64,000 nt of DNA from an uncultured Gemmatimonadales bacterium (GTDB taxonomy: Bacteria > Gemmatimonadota > Gemmatimonadetes > Gemmatimonadales > GWC2-71-9), in assembly GCA_963739455.1 (NCBI GenBank), contig CAVUAK010000001.1, forward strand, positions 2,144,001 through 2,208,000, read 5' to 3'. The notes below the pieces were generated by a model, which was not told where the DNA came from, did not search any database, and saw nothing but the letters and a program-made list of their open reading frames with translations. The number at the start of each line of letters is the position of its first letter. The stretch's first letter is position 1. Of this stretch, positions 61,281 to 64,000 are shown one piece after another. The translations under genes were made by a program, and so were the position numbers.

Positions 61281-62139
61281 TCAGGCCCCGGACTGCATCA
61301 GGTGCACGAAGGCGTCCTCCAGGTCGGGCTCCACCGGCTGGGCCGACGGCGAATGGCTGGGTGCGCGACACGACGCGCGCATGCACGCCATCCGCCTGTC
61401 GCACGGCGCGGGTCACCTTGAAGCGACCGCGTGCCTCCTCGTAGTCGGCCGAGGAGACGACCGCCTCCCACACCTGGCCGCGCGCCGCCTGCAGCAGCGC
61501 CTCGGGCGCGGCGCAGGTCACCAGCCGGCCCTCCCGCATGACCGCAATGGTTCCGGCCAGCGACTCGATGTCCGAGACGATGTGCGTCGACAGCAGCACC
61601 AGCTTCCCGCGCCCCAGGTCGGAGAGCAGGTGGCGGAAGCGCACGCGTTCCTCCGGGTCGAGCCCGGCGGTCGGTTCGTCGACGATGAGCAGGGCGGGGT
61701 CGTTGAGCAGCGCCTGCGCGATGCCGAGCCGCTGGCGCATGCCGCCGGAGAAGGTGGCGGCGGGGCGGTGCGCCACGGTGTGAAGGTTGACCAGCTCGAG
61801 CAGCTCCTCGATGCGGCCCTTCTTCGTGACCCCCTTGAGCCCGCCGAGGTAGCTGAGGAACTCGAACGCGGTGAGGTTGTCGTAGACGCCGAAGTCCTGC
61901 GGCAGGAAGCCGAGCTGCCGGCGGAGTACCTCCGGTTCCCTGAGGATGTCCACGCCCTGGAAGTGGATCTGTCCCTGGGTGGGGCGGGTGATCGTGGCGA
62001 TGAGCTGCATCAGCGTGGTCTTGCCGGCACCATTGGGCCCGAGGAGGCCCACGACGCCGGGCTCGAGCTCGAGGGACAGGTCGGCGACGGCGGTGACGCC
62101 ACCGCGGAAGCGCTTGGTCACCTGGTCGAGCTTGAGCAT
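61281..62139 (-). CDS. ABC transporter ATP-binding protein (frameshift near 61345)
   Basis: GPNGAGKTT, FSGGMRQR, DEPTAGLDP and STH motifs; C-terminal PDLEDAFV in another frame. Confidence 0.93.
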
Positions 62140-62227
62140 CGGGTCTCCGACGGGGATGGAAGCGGCGAACGCGCCGTGGAGACGTACTCCACGGCGCGTT
62201 CAGTATACAGCGGTGACCCCGGTTCGA

Positions 62228-63415
62228 TCAGAACTCGATCTTCAGGATCCGTCCCTCGGTGCCCACGAACCATCCCGTCTCGCACCCCGCGAACGCGACG
62301 GCCCAGTAGTTCGCCACATCAGGCAGGAGCGTCCAGGTGCCGCCCTCATTGTGCGAGTAGGCCGCACCACCTGGCCCGGTGGCCACGACGGACCGATCAC
62401 CGTGCCGATGACCATGTCCGCGCCCGCGTCCGCGGAACCCGGCGTGACCCGGCGCGCCGTCGTCTACATAGGCCATGCCGAAGGCGGCGCCGGCAAACGG
62501 CGTAGGCGATGCGAGTGTCCAGGTCTTCCCGGCATCGCGCGACGTCGCCACGTTCTCGGTGGTTCCGTCGTTCTCGAGATCGCCACCCACCAGCATGCCA
62601 CGCCGGGCGTCACGGAAGGCGATGCTGAATCCGCCCGAGGCGCCGGTGCCCTGCACGATCGGCGTGTCGTAGGCATTCCAGCTCCTGCCACCGTTGGTGG
62701 TGGCCAGGACACGCGCCTTGGCGGCGCCACCCGTGGTTACCCACGCGCTCTGCTCACCTTGTGTCGCGATGCAGGTCCCGCTGGCCGCGAATGCCGCTTC
62801 ACCTGCCTGTGCCGGCGGCATCCGGTTGCCGATGTTCTCCCACGTCCTGCCGTTGTTCGTCCGAAGCGTGGGGAATACACCGTTGATCGCGTCACCGAAC
62901 GTGAGACCGCGGTTGCGGCTCCAGAAGGCAAAGCAATCGTAGAACGCCGCCGGGTCTTCCGCCTGGAACTGCAGTGCCCACGTCGCGCCGCCGTCCTCGG
63001 TCTTGTAAATGCGCGAGTCGGAACCGACACCCGCGGCCAGGAGATACGCGACCTTCTCGCTCACGCCCTCGACGTCGCGGAATTGCAGCAGTTCCGCCCC
63101 GGGGACCACACCCGCCTTCCAGGTGTTGCCACCATCGGTGGTCAGCACATACGTGCCGCCGACTCCGCTGGCCCACACGACTCGTGAGTTGACGGGACTG
63201 ACGGCCTGAAGCCGGTTCGTCGTTCCGCTCTGCTGGGGCGTGAGTGTTGGCGGATTCGCACCGCGAGACGACTGGACCTCGACGTCAGCAACGGCGGGAT
63301 CTGTAACCGCAGCTGAGGTGTCACCGGCGTTGTCGCTGCAGCCGAGTGCCACGAGTGCGGCAAGCCCGGCCGAGAAGGCGGCCGTGGGAAATGTACGTGC
63401 CATGATGATCTCCAT
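62228..63415 (-). CDS. BNR/Asp-box beta-propeller lipoprotein (YCF48-like)
   Basis: Lipobox ALGC; repeated T.DGG.TW Asp-boxes; FAASGT motif. Confidence 0.88.
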   Translation of the reverse strand: MEIIMARTFPTAAFSAGLAALVALGCSDNAGDTSAAVTDPAVADVEVQSSRGANPPTLTPQQSGTTNRLQAVSPVNSRVVWASGVGGTYVLTTDGGNTWKAGVVPGAELLQFRDVEGVSEKVAYLLAAGVGSDSRIYKTEDGGATWALQFQAEDPAAFYDCFAFWSRNRGLTFGDAINGVFPTLRTNNGRTWENIGNRMPPAQAGEAAFAASGTCIATQGEQSAWVTTGGAAKARVLATTNGGRSWNAYDTPIVQGTGASGGFSIAFRDARRGMLVGGDLENDGTTENVATSRDAGKTWTLASPTPFAGAAFGMAYVDDGAPGHAGFRGRGRGHGHRHGDRSVVATGPGGAAYSHNEGGTWTLLPDVANYWAVAFAGCETGWFVGTEGRILKIEF

Positions 63416-63487
63416 TTTGGGGCGGGGCGGCGCGTTGGCCGACCCCGATCAGTATCGGGACGAAGTAGATACCCCGCAAGTCGCCAG

Positions 63488-64000
63488 CTACTGCTCCGGC
63501 CGGGTGCCGACCGCGGCCTTGAAGCCGGGCTCGGTGGCGAGGTCCCGGAACCACCAGCCGGGATCCTCGGCGAGGCCGTCACGCACATCGGGGTTGGCGG
63601 AGAGATAGACCTTCAATGCGGCAAGCGCCGCCACGTGATCGCCGGCCTGGAGATGGGCGAACGCCTCGTCGTGATAGAGGTCCTTGGTGGGGTCGATGTC
63701 TGCGCCGGCACGCGCGCTCGCAATCACCGCGTTTGCGCTATCCCGGAGGCCCGCGCGCGCGAGGACAGCGGCCACCACCATGCGCGCATGGCGCGTCTCG
63801 AACTCCGGCGACCCGGTCGCCTGGTCGCTGCGCAGCGTCGGGCTCGATGCGAGAGTCCAGGCTTTCGCCACGTCGGGCACCTGGCCCTTCATCGTCATGA
63901 GGTAGAGCTGGCAGAGCACAAACTGCCCATCCGCGGGAAAGCGACGCGCACCCTCGTTGCACCAGCGCGCGGCATCGACCGGCTGGTCGAGATCGTATGA
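63488..64000 (-). CDS. C-terminal TPR-like region of a larger protein (likely receptor kinase or regulator); runs off window end
   Basis: Frame is open from 64000 (SYDLDQPVDAARWCNEGARRFPADGQFVLCQL...) to the stop at 63488; helical repeats. Confidence 0.65.
   Translation of the reverse strand, partial: SYDLDQPVDAARWCNEGARRFPADGQFVLCQLYLMTMKGQVPDVAKAWTLASSPTLRSDQATGSPEFETRHARMVVAAVLARAGLRDSANAVIASARAGADIDPTKDLYHDEAFAHLQAGDHVAALAALKVYLSANPDVRDGLAEDPGWWFRDLATEPGFKAAVGTRPEQ

Noticed and set aside
60061..62139. 692-aa ATPase-permease fusion
   Set aside because: It is an artefact of a frameshift near 61345. The ATPase's natural end (PDLEDAFVHLMQSGA-stop) and a separate permease ATG at 61276 are both visible.

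Overview
GC-rich bacterial genomic window, most consistent with Gemmatimonadota. That assignment is inferred from gene style: an ADOP permease, a BTAD-TM regulator, 'ERLDFxERLL' small proteins and many Cys-Ser/Ala-Asp lipoproteins. It carries core genes (purH, purN, selA, valS, thrS, thiolase, hbd, Leu/Phe/Val dehydrogenase, rpiB, glyA, nnr, thiL, plsC-like, eno, ftsB-like), two tRNAs without encoded CCA (Ser-TGA, Met-CAT) and, after tRNA-Met, an accessory-looking block of secreted and envelope proteins. Several genes, including essential ones, are broken by indels that look like long-read or assembly errors. I found no integrase, transposase, CRISPR array or rRNA. The most interesting signals are: (1) exported proteins densely packed with D-(S/T)-(A/I/L/V/T) motifs, the Bacteroidota O-glycosylation sequon, together with a DUF2723/TMEM260-like GT-C enzyme, which suggests a general protein O-glycosylation system; (2) a sphingolipid delta-4-desaturase (DEGS)-like gene co-oriented with a PAQR/hemolysin-III gene; (3) a protein whose N-terminus resembles F1-ATPase inhibitors (IF1/zeta); (4) a membrane-anchored SARP-like regulator with 22-bp-spaced direct repeats facing a PAP2/haloperoxidase gene; (5) heptamer tandem repeats, often in inverted pairs, at gene junctions; (6) several apparently leaderless genes. 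All family names come from motif recognition, not database searches.
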